The notes beneath the pieces were generated by a model. That model ran no database searches and was not told the origin of the DNA. It was given only the letters and a program-made list of their open reading frames with translations. From a virus, in IMG/VR virus record IMGVR_UViG_3300031772_000009, positions 1-64,000 of that record: a stretch of 64,000 bases of DNA; one strand, written 5' to 3'. This document shows, one piece after another, positions 30,774 through 40,308 of the stretch. A program made the position numbers and the translations under genes. Position 1 is the first letter of the stretch. Each line of letters begins with the position of its first letter.

Positions 30774-31070
30774 TGGTTGACCATCCAATTCTGGAACGTC
30801 CATTCATAAATGACGATGAACGTCCTCAGAGACTAAACAGAAAGAACCCGTTTAATTTAGGCGGAGAAGAAAACGACTGATAAAACTTCATGAAGACTTA
30901 AATAATGGAAGTGTGTAAGACAGTTATGAAACAGAAAAATGAAAAACCGATAAGCTTTACATCGTATGAGAAGACTTGTGAGTTTCATTTTGCAACAGTA
31001 ACGAGAGTTTGTTATTGTGGCAAAACCGATGGGGCTTGCAGTAAGATAACATGTTGGAAGTTTAAAGAGA

Positions 31071-31499
31071 ATGAAGAATGACGCAATAAAAAGGACGTTT
31101 GAGCTTCATGGAAATGATAAGATGAACAAGATAACGGAATATTTGGCTACTTGCGACATCGCCACTCTCACACATGAAGGGTGGGTGGTAGTTGACGTTC
31201 GTGATATAACAGACTTTGAGAAGGACGTTGAGAAGGTGAAGTATAAGATTCTTCTAGTTACCAGACTAATAGCGATGGGAGCAAAAGTGTGTGTGAGATG
31301 TGCTTGCGGAATAAACAGAAGCAATGCCATAGCTCTTTCGGCAATGTGTTATCTCTGCAACAAAAGCGAGTATCTGGACACTGATTGGGACAGACACTAC
31401 AACTTCATTAAGAAAACTGTTCCAGCAATGCAGATACTTCCAGAACTGGAAGAAACAGTTAAGAAAGCACTTAAAGAACTTTACGCTGGATGGAAGTAA
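31071..31499 (+). CDS. dual-specificity/tyrosine phosphatase-like protein
   Basis: CX5R loop CACGINRS. Confidence 0.75.
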   Translation: MKNDAIKRTFELHGNDKMNKITEYLATCDIATLTHEGWVVVDVRDITDFEKDVEKVKYKILLVTRLIAMGAKVCVRCACGINRSNAIALSAMCYLCNKSEYLDTDWDRHYNFIKKTVPAMQILPELEETVKKALKELYAGWK

Positions 31500-31702
31500 A
31501 AAGAATGAAGATGACTAACAGAGAATATAAACTTGTTTGTAGAGAACTTACTGAAAGAATGAAGGATACTATCATTACATTTCCACGTAAAGATAATTTT
31601 GAAGGGTTGGATTTGGGTGATACTTCTACTATAAGTATTACTTTTGTTGGTGCGGATATAATGCAGATATTAGGAAGAATAAGAAGAGGGAAACTAAAAT
31701 GA
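31490..31702 (+). CDS. hypothetical protein
   Basis: operon coupling. Confidence 0.5.
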   Translation: MEVKRMKMTNREYKLVCRELTERMKDTIITFPRKDNFEGLDLGDTSTISITFVGADIMQILGRIRRGKLK

Positions 31703-32004
31703 ACTGTCCACACTGTAACTCTGAATTGGAACTGGACAAGACTGGAGCATTAGTTTGTCCGAAGTGTCACTGTGTCTTCCGAGTCTGTCTTGTTCGTTAC
31801 GAACCAAAATGCTATGCCAAACAGTATCCACACTCATCTGTAAAACAAGAACAGAAAAAGAGAAAGAAACGTGGAAGACCTAAAGACCCGATAAAAGCAT
31901 TGCATGAATCAATGGAAGAAAACAAAGAAGTGCTTGAAGCATTAAGTCATGGTCATCTTAAGAAGCGGGGGAGACCTAGAAAGATAAAGGAAAAGGTAAG
32001 TTAA
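31699..32004 (+). CDS. zinc-ribbon protein with two AT-hooks
   Basis: CPHC..CPKC; KRGRPK and KRGRPRK. Confidence 0.7.
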   Translation: MNCPHCNSELELDKTGALVCPKCHCVFRVCLVRYEPKCYAKQYPHSSVKQEQKKRKKRGRPKDPIKALHESMEENKEVLEALSHGHLKKRGRPRKIKEKVS

Positions 32005-32071
32005 GATGTGCCAAATAAACAAGATGAAAATAACCATAAAGTTTAAATAGTGGAAATGATTATTATATGTC

Positions 32072-32593
32072 ATGGTGAACAAAATGAAGCGTATGACTTG
32101 CCAACATGGTATCTCACCTAAAAGTAAATGTAGAAAATGTCGTAGTGAATGGGAAAGAAAATATTCAAATAAAAGATATAATGATGACCAGATTTATAGA
32201 GAAAGAAGATTGGAACAAAATAGACGATATGGAATGGAACATAGAGATAAACAGAAAATGAGAAAGAAAAATTATTATGAACATAATAAAGAGAAACTTT
32301 TACAAAAAAGAAAAGAACGCTATATAAGAGAAAGATTAGAATTAATGAGAAAATGGAAAGAAACAAAGAAAAAATTAGTTGGTTTGCTTGGTGGAAAATG
32401 TCAACAATGTGGTTATAGTAAATGTTTCTCAGCTTTAGATTTTCACCATATCAATCCCGATGATAAAGAATGTAATGAAGAATGGGCTAGATATCCAGAA
32501 AAATTTATTCAAAAAATTAAGGATGGTAAGGTTCGATTGCTCTGCTCAAATTGCCATAGAGAAGTTCATCATCCAAATTATGGAGATAATTAA
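32072..32593 (+). CDS. HNH homing endonuclease
   Basis: LGGKCQQCG..LDFHH..LLCSNCH. Confidence 0.88.
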   Translation: MVNKMKRMTCQHGISPKSKCRKCRSEWERKYSNKRYNDDQIYRERRLEQNRRYGMEHRDKQKMRKKNYYEHNKEKLLQKRKERYIRERLELMRKWKETKKKLVGLLGGKCQQCGYSKCFSALDFHHINPDDKECNEEWARYPEKFIQKIKDGKVRLLCSNCHREVHHPNYGDN

Positions 32594-32594
32594 T

Positions 32595-32879
32595 ATGTGT
32601 GATATTTCATCTATGAAAATCCATAGAAGGTGTAAAACACTATTAGAACCAATATTATTATATGTTCAATGGAAACCAGATTTAATGGTTGGTATATGTA
32701 AGTCGTGTTGGGAGAGGATTCCACCAGACTTAACATGGGGAGACGACAAGATTCCTACTATGGAAGAGATTTTTGGTAGACGAATTAAAGAGGAGCAAGA
32801 AGCTACGGTTACGGAGTATCGTCTTAAAGATAAGAAAGGCGTAATTCAGAATGAGAGTGAAGAGGAAGACGTTGAGTAA
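32595..32879 (+). CDS. hypothetical protein (N-terminus supplied by HNH cassette)
   Basis: starts MCDISSMKI; relic start MCQINKMKI at 32006. Confidence 0.65.
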   Translation: MCDISSMKIHRRCKTLLEPILLYVQWKPDLMVGICKSCWERIPPDLTWGDDKIPTMEEIFGRRIKEEQEATVTEYRLKDKKGVIQNESEEEDVE

Positions 32880-32934
32880 AAGCCCATGAAGGTTTATATA
32901 GTAGAAAGAGAAATAGATAGGTAGGGAAAATAAA

Positions 32935-33186
32935 ATGGCTGAAATCGTACATAATACTATTAGAGCTTCTTATCCAATTTGGATAGTGTGTGATAAGTGT
33001 AATGAGAGAGTCGAACTTGTTAGAGCACGTTCATGTATTGAAAAAGGGGAATACATAACAGTAATAGATATAAACCATAAATGTAAGGAAAAGGAGAAGG
33101 CTTCTACAATTAAGGATAAAAAAAGAATTATAGAGGGATGTTCACGTATATATGAGAAACCAAAAAGAGAACCACCAACACCATAG
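32935..33186 (+). CDS. hypothetical zinc-binding protein
   Basis: follows promoter 32884. Confidence 0.55.
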   Translation: MAEIVHNTIRASYPIWIVCDKCNERVELVRARSCIEKGEYITVIDINHKCKEKEKASTIKDKKRIIEGCSRIYEKPKREPPTP

Positions 33187-33198
33187 AAGGTTGAGTAA

Positions 33199-33411
33199 AT
33201 GACTAATCTGGGATTTGAAATAAGAGAAACAATGTGTATTCATGCGGAATATTCACGTTCTGCTACAGATAAAGTAATAGAAATACTTTATAATGGAAAA
33301 CTGATTCAGACTTACAAGATGAACGTGACCGCTCCGTTTGAACTTACCGAGAAAGACTTGATAGATTTACTATACAAAATCCACGGTGTAATAATAGGCA
33401 AAAAAGAGTGA
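33199..33411 (+). CDS. hypothetical protein
   Basis: operon. Confidence 0.55.
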   Translation: MTNLGFEIRETMCIHAEYSRSATDKVIEILYNGKLIQTYKMNVTAPFELTEKDLIDLLYKIHGVIIGKKE

Positions 33412-33414
33412 TGA

Positions 33415-33651
33415 ATGATGAAAGCAGTTTTGATGTTTGGTGGACTTAAACAGTATATCGCCGTGAAACAGCCAATACCATCTAGACTTAAAATTTCAAT
33501 AGGTGAACCATTAAGTAGTATGGAGTTGATTCACAACCCAGAAGCTACAGTAACTATGAAAATATTAGAGTTTGAGTTTACTGGTAAATGGGAAGCATGT
33601 CCAATATGCGGTGAAATGTTACCGATATACGAGGTAGTTTCTAATGAATAA
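33415..33651 (+). CDS. hypothetical protein
   Basis: operon. Confidence 0.55.
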   Translation: MMKAVLMFGGLKQYIAVKQPIPSRLKISIGEPLSSMELIHNPEATVTMKILEFEFTGKWEACPICGEMLPIYEVVSNE

Positions 33652-34069
33652 AGAGGAAGAAATTTGGAAATGTGGGTTTGGAAGTCAATGTTCCAAAGTA
33701 AGCAGAATGGGTATAGAATGTTGTCCATGTGCATATCTTACCGTAACTCCTAAAGTTGCCTCAACTTTGCTTTATCTGGAAACTTGTCTGGTAGACCAAT
33801 ATGGAAGAGTGGAAGGTAGAAGGATGAACAATGAAGATTTGGAAATAATAGAGAAACTTGTAAAGGACAAGTTCATACATTTTGGACGTTTATCTTTTAA
33901 AGCTATAAAGAGATGGAGAGACGCTAATATTGGAAAACTTTATACTTACTACGTTAGATTTACTCCGCAAGCATGGCAATTAACTCATAGGTTTAGACGT
34001 GAAAGGTCTGAAAGGATGATTGGAAAACAAAACGCTGAGTTATTAGCAGAGATGAATAAAAATGGATAA
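33644..34069 (+). CDS. conserved viral hypothetical protein
   Basis: LLYLETC.VD..G....RMN.ED. Confidence 0.65.
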   Translation: MNKEEEIWKCGFGSQCSKVSRMGIECCPCAYLTVTPKVASTLLYLETCLVDQYGRVEGRRMNNEDLEIIEKLVKDKFIHFGRLSFKAIKRWRDANIGKLYTYYVRFTPQAWQLTHRFRRERSERMIGKQNAELLAEMNKNG

Positions 34070-34253
34070 TAACAAACCAAGATTTAAAGTTGAAAAGGCT
34101 TTAAGGGATTCTATAGCTTCACAATTGCTTAATGATACAGTAGACTGTGTAATGCAGATACTAGAGGATGAAAAACAAGACTCTTTTGATGAAGGATATA
34201 ATCAAGGTAAGATAGACGGTGAAAAAGAAGCTAAGTCTGGAGTTGGTAATTAA
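34062..34253 (+). CDS. hypothetical protein
   Basis: paralogous small ORF follows at ~34254-34390. Confidence 0.55.
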   Translation: MDNNKPRFKVEKALRDSIASQLLNDTVDCVMQILEDEKQDSFDEGYNQGKIDGEKEAKSGVGN

Positions 34254-34383
34254 TGGATAAACTAAAAGCTTTAGAAGAAATATTGAAGGTTCTTAAAGAC
34301 ACAGAGAATAATATAGAATCCATACTAAATGAACTATGGGATGAAGCTTATGAGAAAGGAAAAGAAGATGGTGATTCTGGGGG

Positions 34384-34617
34384 TTGGTAGGCATGGATAA
34401 ACTGGAAAATAGTGAACAAATGGCAAAGGCGATAGTAGAACACTTGATGGAATGTAATGTAATAAGAATCTATGCAAAATTGAAACGTTATATTACGATG
34501 AATCCTTACATAACACAAGAAATGTTAGAGAAGTATGTTCGGGAATCAATCTTGAAGTATCTGTTGAAAGAGGAATTGGAATTGATAAAAGAATATTTCG
34601 ATAAGGAACGTGAATAA
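34384..34617 (+). CDS. hypothetical protein
   Basis: operon. Confidence 0.55.
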   Translation: MVGMDKLENSEQMAKAIVEHLMECNVIRIYAKLKRYITMNPYITQEMLEKYVRESILKYLLKEELELIKEYFDKERE

Positions 34618-34619
34618 AA

Positions 34620-34835
34620 ATGGTGAAGATAGAGTTTAGACAGAAAAATCGTGATGGCACAGAAGCCATAGTGTACGACAACGAAGAGAACAAGTTGGAA
34701 GCCATAGTGTTTGTTGGTAAAGCACCGAGAATCAGCAAGATGTATGTTGTTCCTAAAGACAAGCTTAAAGAGGTTCTCCAGCAAATCTATGAATGTAAAT
34801 CAATACTTAAATATGAGGAGAAGCCGAAACCATGA
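34620..34835 (+). CDS. hypothetical protein
   Basis: operon. Confidence 0.55.
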   Translation: MVKIEFRQKNRDGTEAIVYDNEENKLEAIVFVGKAPRISKMYVVPKDKLKEVLQQIYECKSILKYEEKPKP

Positions 34836-35191
34836 AACCAATTACAGAAAAAGAACTACTTAAACTACTCCTAAAATGTTCACGTCACGATATGCATCCT
34901 AAAGTTTGCAAGGACTGTAATCAATCTCATCACCATGTTATTTGTATCTATGATTTGTTAATGAGTTTGGATGGTGGGTTTAAACTTAACGAGAAATTTC
35001 AACAAATGCTGGCGGAGACGAAACATCCAATGAAAATCCTTGAGACAGCAATGAAGAAGCATGATACTGTACTCAGAAGACTTGGCAACGGAAGCAGAAT
35101 CGTGAAGAAATGTAGGTATTGTGGTAGTGAAAACATATTAGTTTCTAAAGACCATGCAGACTACTGTATGGACTGTAGAAAGGTTCAGTAG
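34832..35191 (+). CDS. zinc-finger protein
   Basis: C-terminal CRYCGS..CMDC ribbon. Confidence 0.6.
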   Translation: MKPITEKELLKLLLKCSRHDMHPKVCKDCNQSHHHVICIYDLLMSLDGGFKLNEKFQQMLAETKHPMKILETAMKKHDTVLRRLGNGSRIVKKCRYCGSENILVSKDHADYCMDCRKVQ

Positions 35192-35405
35192 GTGATGGAA
35201 TAGATGCCACATTCAAGTAAGGGAATATTCAGTCTCAGAAATATCTGGAAAGCAATAAAGAAGTTGTTTAAACAATGAAAAAACTATATATATGTCCAGT
35301 TAGGGATAATTGTCCATATCATTATGATGCTTGCACAGACCCAACCAAATTCTGTAGAATAATAGAAGATACACCAGAACACTTCCAAAAGGAGATAAAC
35401 AAACA

Positions 35406-35705
35406 GTGACACCGTTAAAAAGATGTGAGGGTTTCGGAGTAAAATTTAGCGAGACAGACGAGATTTGCAAGCAATGTGATGATGCTATGGAGTGTATGCA
35501 AGAATTTCTGGACGAACAATTCAAAATTGGTAGTGGACAAAGATTTCCCGTTGAGACCGCATTGAAGGTTAGAGAGAAGCCGCCAATCAGTATAATGTTT
35601 CCGAAGGTTGGAGACGACAACATAAGTTTTTCCATCTATTTTAACAAGGAATGGCTGAAGAAACAACTCTTCGGAGACCGAGATAACGATAAGAAGGAAG
35701 GTTAA
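35406..35705 (+). CDS. Cys-rich hypothetical protein
   Basis: C..G.....C..C....C. Confidence 0.55.
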   Translation: MTPLKRCEGFGVKFSETDEICKQCDDAMECMQEFLDEQFKIGSGQRFPVETALKVREKPPISIMFPKVGDDNISFSIYFNKEWLKKQLFGDRDNDKKEG

Positions 35706-35890
35706 TGAAGATTAATCTGTGGATAGAACCAAAAGATGAGGAGCAATTCAGAGAAGACTTGAGAAAGTTCTTGAATGACCACGCTAAGAATTATGAAGAA
35801 ACAATAGTCATAGATGGTAAGGCTGTAGTTCAAGAAACAAACGAATATAGTAAAGCTTGGTACTATAAAATCGAGAAGGAAGAAAAATGA
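35705..35890 (+). CDS. hypothetical protein
   Basis: TAATG coupling. Confidence 0.55.
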   Translation: MKINLWIEPKDEEQFREDLRKFLNDHAKNYEETIVIDGKAVVQETNEYSKAWYYKIEKEEK

Positions 35891-36046
35891 AGTTTGTGAT
35901 TGGTAGAAAAAGTAAAAGTATCGAAAAGAGCATGGATATTATTGATGACTACCTATATGACGAACATGGAAACGCTAAAGACCGAGAGTTTTACTTTACC
36001 ATATTTCCTAGACCAGAAATAAATGATTACGCATTAAGCAAAAGGG

Positions 36047-36640
36047 TTGAAAGATAAAATGTCGAGAAAGAAAGAAATTCCATGGGAACGTTATTCTCAT
36101 ATACCAATCTTAGAGGGAAACAGAAGGTTGCAAAGACAATTGCTTGGTCTAAGATTACACTTCACGATTAAACATGACGGACAAAACGTTACTATTTGGC
36201 TGAGAAAAAAGAAATACTGCAAGAAGAAAACAGAGATAATAATTTCTAGTCACAACCAAGAAAACGCTTTCTCAGACATAGTGGCTTGTGTTCAAAAGAC
36301 AGAAGAATACCAGAAGATTCTTGAACTCATAGCAGACAATCCAACTTTCAGAGTGGTTGCTGAAGAATGTGCTAAAGGAGCAAGCATCACGGGAATAAGG
36401 CAATATTCAAAGGCAACGTTAATCGTAGTTGACATCTTTGACACGGCAATAATGAACTACTTATCCTATACTCAAGTCTATCAATTCTGTTATCATTATC
36501 ATATACCAATCGTTGAACTTTACGCTACGACAAGACACAGAACAATCAAGGACTTGATGAAGTTTTCACACCACGTTCTGGAATACTGTAATAAACCTAA
36601 ATGTCAATGTCTTGATTGTGGTAAAATATTTGAAAACTAA
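36047..36640 (+). CDS. RNA ligase (Rnl2/Rnl3-like), N-terminal part
   Basis: motif I KHDGQN, motif III AEE, IIIa VDIF; ends in CxxC half-ribbon. Confidence 0.75.
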   Translation: MKDKMSRKKEIPWERYSHIPILEGNRRLQRQLLGLRLHFTIKHDGQNVTIWLRKKKYCKKKTEIIISSHNQENAFSDIVACVQKTEEYQKILELIADNPTFRVVAEECAKGASITGIRQYSKATLIVVDIFDTAIMNYLSYTQVYQFCYHYHIPIVELYATTRHRTIKDLMKFSHHVLEYCNKPKCQCLDCGKIFEN

Positions 36641-36695
36641 CCAAAAGATTTAAATACATGGTTAATAATTATAATACTCAAAGAGATGATTAAAA

Positions 36696-37328
36696 ATGGG
36701 TTTGATATGCAATATATGCAATTTAGAAAAGTCACCCGAGGATTTTTATACTCTTTATAAATATGTAAAGAAAAATGGGGAAGAAAGTATTTATAAAAAT
36801 CTTGTTTGTAAAAAATGTATTCCACTCATTAGAAGAGAAAGATACTATAATGATGAAGTTTATAGAACAAAGCGTTTATTGGAAAATAAACTTTGTAAAG
36901 AGAAAAAACGAGAAGAATATTTAAAGAAGAGAAGAGAATGGAGAGCAAGAAATAGGGATAAGATAAACAAAAAATTGAGAGATTTTCACGCTCAACATAA
37001 AAAGGAAAAATCGGAATATTATTTAAGGAAATTAAAATATAGTAAAGAATATGCAAAATCACATAGAAGAGAAAAAAACGTTTGGCAACAAGATTATCAT
37101 GAGAAATTGAGAAGAGAACTCGTCCAAAAATTAGGTGGAAAATGTATTAGATGTGAAGAGAAAGATGTTGATGTATTAGAATTCGACCATATTGAGCCAA
37201 TATTACAGAGAGAACGTTCATTTTATGGAGTAAAACTTCATCCAGAATTATATCAGCTTCTTTGTGCTAATTGTCATTGTAAAAAAACAAGAGAAGATAT
37301 GAAGGTGATATTATGTCAAAAACAATAA
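36696..37328 (+). CDS. HNH homing endonuclease
   Basis: LGGKCIRC..LEFDH..QLLCANCH; own TATA at 36648. Confidence 0.88.
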   Translation: MGLICNICNLEKSPEDFYTLYKYVKKNGEESIYKNLVCKKCIPLIRRERYYNDEVYRTKRLLENKLCKEKKREEYLKKRREWRARNRDKINKKLRDFHAQHKKEKSEYYLRKLKYSKEYAKSHRREKNVWQQDYHEKLRRELVQKLGGKCIRCEEKDVDVLEFDHIEPILQRERSFYGVKLHPELYQLLCANCHCKKTREDMKVILCQKQ

Positions 37329-37684
37329 AGAAATGTCCTTATTGTGGTAGTAAAAATATCTTCGAATACGGCAAGGATGAGGGCATGGTGATAAAGGCGT
37401 TCAATAAGGACGGAGAATACATCATGGCGAAAATAAAGCTGGATTTGCCACGCCCAATAGTTGAAAGGGTTAGAGAAGGACCGCCGAAACTTCCAGTGAT
37501 TCCAGAGAGTGAGATTATGGGAGCGATAAGCCATGTGCAAGCAGACTTTGGACTCGATGGAACTCCGTCTCATGACATGCCACTTATTGCGAAAGCAATT
37601 GCAGAGGAATGTAGGAAACATTTCTATTCTAGCCGTGGAAATCTATTCACGTATTACCAAAAATATCTGGAGAATCGAAAATGA
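37313..37684 (+). CDS. RNA ligase, C-terminal part
   Basis: GGTGA SD; CPYC then motif IV EGMVIK and motif V AKIK. Confidence 0.75.
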   Translation: MSKTIKKCPYCGSKNIFEYGKDEGMVIKAFNKDGEYIMAKIKLDLPRPIVERVREGPPKLPVIPESEIMGAISHVQADFGLDGTPSHDMPLIAKAIAEECRKHFYSSRGNLFTYYQKYLENRK

Positions 37685-37908
37685 TTAAAGATGAAGAGAA
37701 GTTCCAAGTTGGTGATTATATAGGATTCAATATTTTCGGGACAGATTTAAGAGGAACTGGAGAAGTTCTTGGAAAGGCATTAGAAGGTATTTGTCCCATG
37801 TGGATAGTATTAATAGATGAGAGACCTACAGATACAATGCGAAAAATAAAAGAGAAAGCACTTATAATTCAAGAGAACTTTATGACATTAATGGAGCGTA
37901 AAAAGTAA
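37681..37908 (+). CDS. SH3/KOW-like hypothetical protein
   Basis: FQVGD.....G.G.V. Confidence 0.55.
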   Translation: MIKDEEKFQVGDYIGFNIFGTDLRGTGEVLGKALEGICPMWIVLIDERPTDTMRKIKEKALIIQENFMTLMERKK

Positions 37909-38367
37909 ATGGAACTTGATAACATTAAAGTGAGTGCAACCGTGATAGTCATATCTAAAGACAATAAGGCTCTTATAGTGCAGAGACCACCAGACAAAGC
38001 ATTTCCGAATCTGTGGACGGTTGCGGGTGGCAAGATTCAAGACACTGATGGAATATTGGAAAGTGAGGGGTTTCGTTATTATTCAGTAGAAGAATGTGCA
38101 AGTCGTGAACTTTGGGAAGAAACTGGAATTACTGTTGAACTTGAGAAACTGAAATATCTTTGCTCAATTACTACGATATGGGGAAAGACAAGGCGTATTA
38201 TCTTAAGTTTCTATATTGTTCTGAACGTGAATGCTAAAGATATAGACATAAGATTAACTGAATGTCAAGCTTACAGATGGATACAAGAACATGAAATTCC
38301 ACAATATGGATTCATTCCAGACATCGGTGGAGAAATCAGAGAAGTCTTCAAACGAATTAAGAAGTGA
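37909..38367 (+). CDS. NUDIX hydrolase
   Basis: GG...EECASRELWEETG. Confidence 0.92.
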   Translation: MELDNIKVSATVIVISKDNKALIVQRPPDKAFPNLWTVAGGKIQDTDGILESEGFRYYSVEECASRELWEETGITVELEKLKYLCSITTIWGKTRRIILSFYIVLNVNAKDIDIRLTECQAYRWIQEHEIPQYGFIPDIGGEIREVFKRIKK

Positions 38368-38377
38368 GACAAAAAAG

Positions 38378-39004
38378 ATGAGTAAAACTATTATAGTTCT
38401 GATTATTCTAGCAATAATTATAGTGGGTTTCATTGGGTGGCAACTGTCTTTGCCTTTCAACACTCAAACATTTCACTACAAGCAGTTATACAACGAGATG
38501 AGTAAACCAGAATATCTTCAAAGTCTCAGAGAATTCTGTAAGAATGAACTTGGCGATTCTATTGACGGCTTGAACTATTCTCAGCTAGTAACTTGGGAAC
38601 GCAAATATCTAACGTACACACGAAATGAATTCACCAGACGAGAAATGCCAATTGACATTCTAAACTCCTACATTACTGATGGAGTGGCTTTCGGTAGGTG
38701 TGGAGAGTTTGCTTTGCTCTATACGGGACTGTGCCTTGCTAATAACATTCCAGTTAGATTAATATTAGACGAATCAAGTTGGACAAACAAGAGCAAGACT
38801 GGCGGTGCTGGAGACCACGTTTGGAATCAGATATATGAGAATGACAGATGGATTACGGTAGACCCCACCGAGCAACGGTTCGATGACCCAAAAATGTATG
38901 TCCGAGACTGGAATAAGGAAGTCAATAACGTGGTAGCCGTCTGGAAGGATGCTTCTGGAAACATGGCTACTGAAGACGTTACGAAAGTCTACTGTGAGAA
39001 ATAG
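38378..39004 (+). CDS. membrane-anchored transglutaminase-like (PNGase-like) protein
   Basis: N-terminal TM; GRCGEF, DHVW, W..VDP Cys-His-Asp triad. Confidence 0.8.
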   Translation: MSKTIIVLIILAIIIVGFIGWQLSLPFNTQTFHYKQLYNEMSKPEYLQSLREFCKNELGDSIDGLNYSQLVTWERKYLTYTRNEFTRREMPIDILNSYITDGVAFGRCGEFALLYTGLCLANNIPVRLILDESSWTNKSKTGGAGDHVWNQIYENDRWITVDPTEQRFDDPKMYVRDWNKEVNNVVAVWKDASGNMATEDVTKVYCEK

Positions 39005-39045
39005 TCCATAAAGGTTTATATAGTAGAAACGTTATGGTGAAGATA

Positions 39046-39121
39046 GGAGTATTATAAAGCGGTGTTGAGTGGAGTTAAGTCAAGTGGTGTGGAGATAAGT
39101 GGAGTAAACTAAAGTAAACCA
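39046..39121 (+). repeat. degenerate 5-nt periodic repeat (RAGTN)n
   Basis: gagtg gagtt aagtc aagtg gtgtg gagat aagtg gagta aacta aagta. Confidence 0.6.
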
Positions 39122-39175
39122 CAGAACCTACCCACCCATTTCCCGAATAAAAATCTGGAATGAGGTCTAAAAAAT

Positions 39176-39346
39176 ATGAGAGCTATTGAGACGGTAACAA
39201 TCTTGGACAAATCTACTGGAGAACTTTTTTTAATCAGATGTGGAAGTTGTGGAAATCCGATTTACCATATAATTTTCTTTGGATGTTCCGTTGATTATTG
39301 CCCAATTTGCCACCGAGCAAAAGGCAAAATTCTACACAATAATTGA
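39176..39346 (+). CDS. zinc-ribbon microprotein (not in ORF track)
   Basis: CGSCG...CPIC, 56 aa. Confidence 0.55.
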   Translation: MRAIETVTILDKSTGELFLIRCGSCGNPIYHIIFFGCSVDYCPICHRAKGKILHNN

Positions 39347-39351
39347 ACCTT

Positions 39352-39480
39352 CCAAAAAGTCGCCTATGTGCGACCCCACTTTTTCTTCTATTTTGGAGAG
39401 GGGGGCAAGTGCTTACCCCTCTCTTACATTCTTTCAGTGGTTGCACTACTGAACAGCCGTTCAGTTTTTAGAACGGTCTT
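39352..39480 (-). terminator. structured 3' element ending in hairpin + U-tract (copy 1)
   Basis: minus strand gtcgc-acatag-gcgac-TTTTT plus upstream hairpins; homologous to 46343-46445. Confidence 0.6.
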
Positions 39481-39598
39481 CCTTTGCTCAGTACACTATT
39501 TAAATGCTCATCGCTATTGAGCATTCCCTTTTCTGGAAACTTAACTGTTTTCTAGCTTTTTTTCGGTGGAAAGTGGTCACATATCGGCGGGTCAAATT

Positions 39599-39919
39599 TC
39601 ACTGAGTTCTGAGGCGTTTCTGATATGGATTACTTGTTATATTGTGGCTTTCACCATGGTAAACAGAGACCACCATAACGCCTTTCTCATATGACTCACA
39701 CCACACTACGGTTAGACCATTCCAGAAACTAGAATGATGTGGTTTCTTATTCCATGCCCTAGACTTGTCATTCTGATTAGAACGGTCAAATTTGGCAATT
39801 CCGTTCAGCAAGACCTCTTTCACTTCTTGTTCCGTGATGTTCTCCAGAGCCATCTTCTGTTTTGCATGTTGACTATAATACAAGCCATTTTCTACTAAAG
39901 TTTCCAATTGCATAACCAT
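39599..39919 (-). CDS. DUF4258 (RelE/BrnT-like) protein
   Basis: YSQHAKQKM..NIT..EV..VL..G; VVSVY. Confidence 0.7.
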   Translation of the reverse strand: MVMQLETLVENGLYYSQHAKQKMALENITEQEVKEVLLNGIAKFDRSNQNDKSRAWNKKPHHSSFWNGLTVVWCESYEKGVMVVSVYHGESHNITSNPYQKRLRTQ

Positions 39920-40036
39920 ATCTACACGGTTCGACTATATAAACTTGGCATGGAGTTACAGACACGTTTCAGAATTTCGGAATAAAACCATTAAAGCTTA
40001 AATAGTGGAAGCATAAGGATATATAAGTGATGTAAG

Positions 40037-40306
40037 ATGAGATTCAAATTTTACTTTCCTAGAATAACAGAATGTATTGTTGACGGATTAAAGATTAGAA
40101 GGCGTGTTTCACATGATATTTTTGTGAGATGTGACGGAATATTCGACATGGACAGTAAAGGAAGAGTAATATTCGTTTTTGGCAAAAGTCACACTTTCAA
40201 AAGCGTCATTGACACGATAAACCATGAAAGCCTACATTGGGTTCTGGACAAGATTGAGGGATATGACGTTTCTCAAGCATTTGATAAGATAATTGGTTTT
40301 GAATAA
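40037..40306 (+). CDS. small HExxH protein
   Basis: INHESLHW..EG..S..FD. Confidence 0.65.
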   Translation: MRFKFYFPRITECIVDGLKIRRRVSHDIFVRCDGIFDMDSKGRVIFVFGKSHTFKSVIDTINHESLHWVLDKIEGYDVSQAFDKIIGFE

Positions 40307-40308
40307 AA

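Noticed and set aside
36641-37312. Group I or BHB intron in the RNA ligase
   Set aside because: There is almost no non-coding sequence for a ribozyme core, no evident BHB pairing, and the downstream half has its own SD and ATG.
26213-39078. 15-nt exact match gttgagtggagttaa at ~26213 and ~39064
   Set aside because: A single short match, with one copy inside a coding frame; may be chance.
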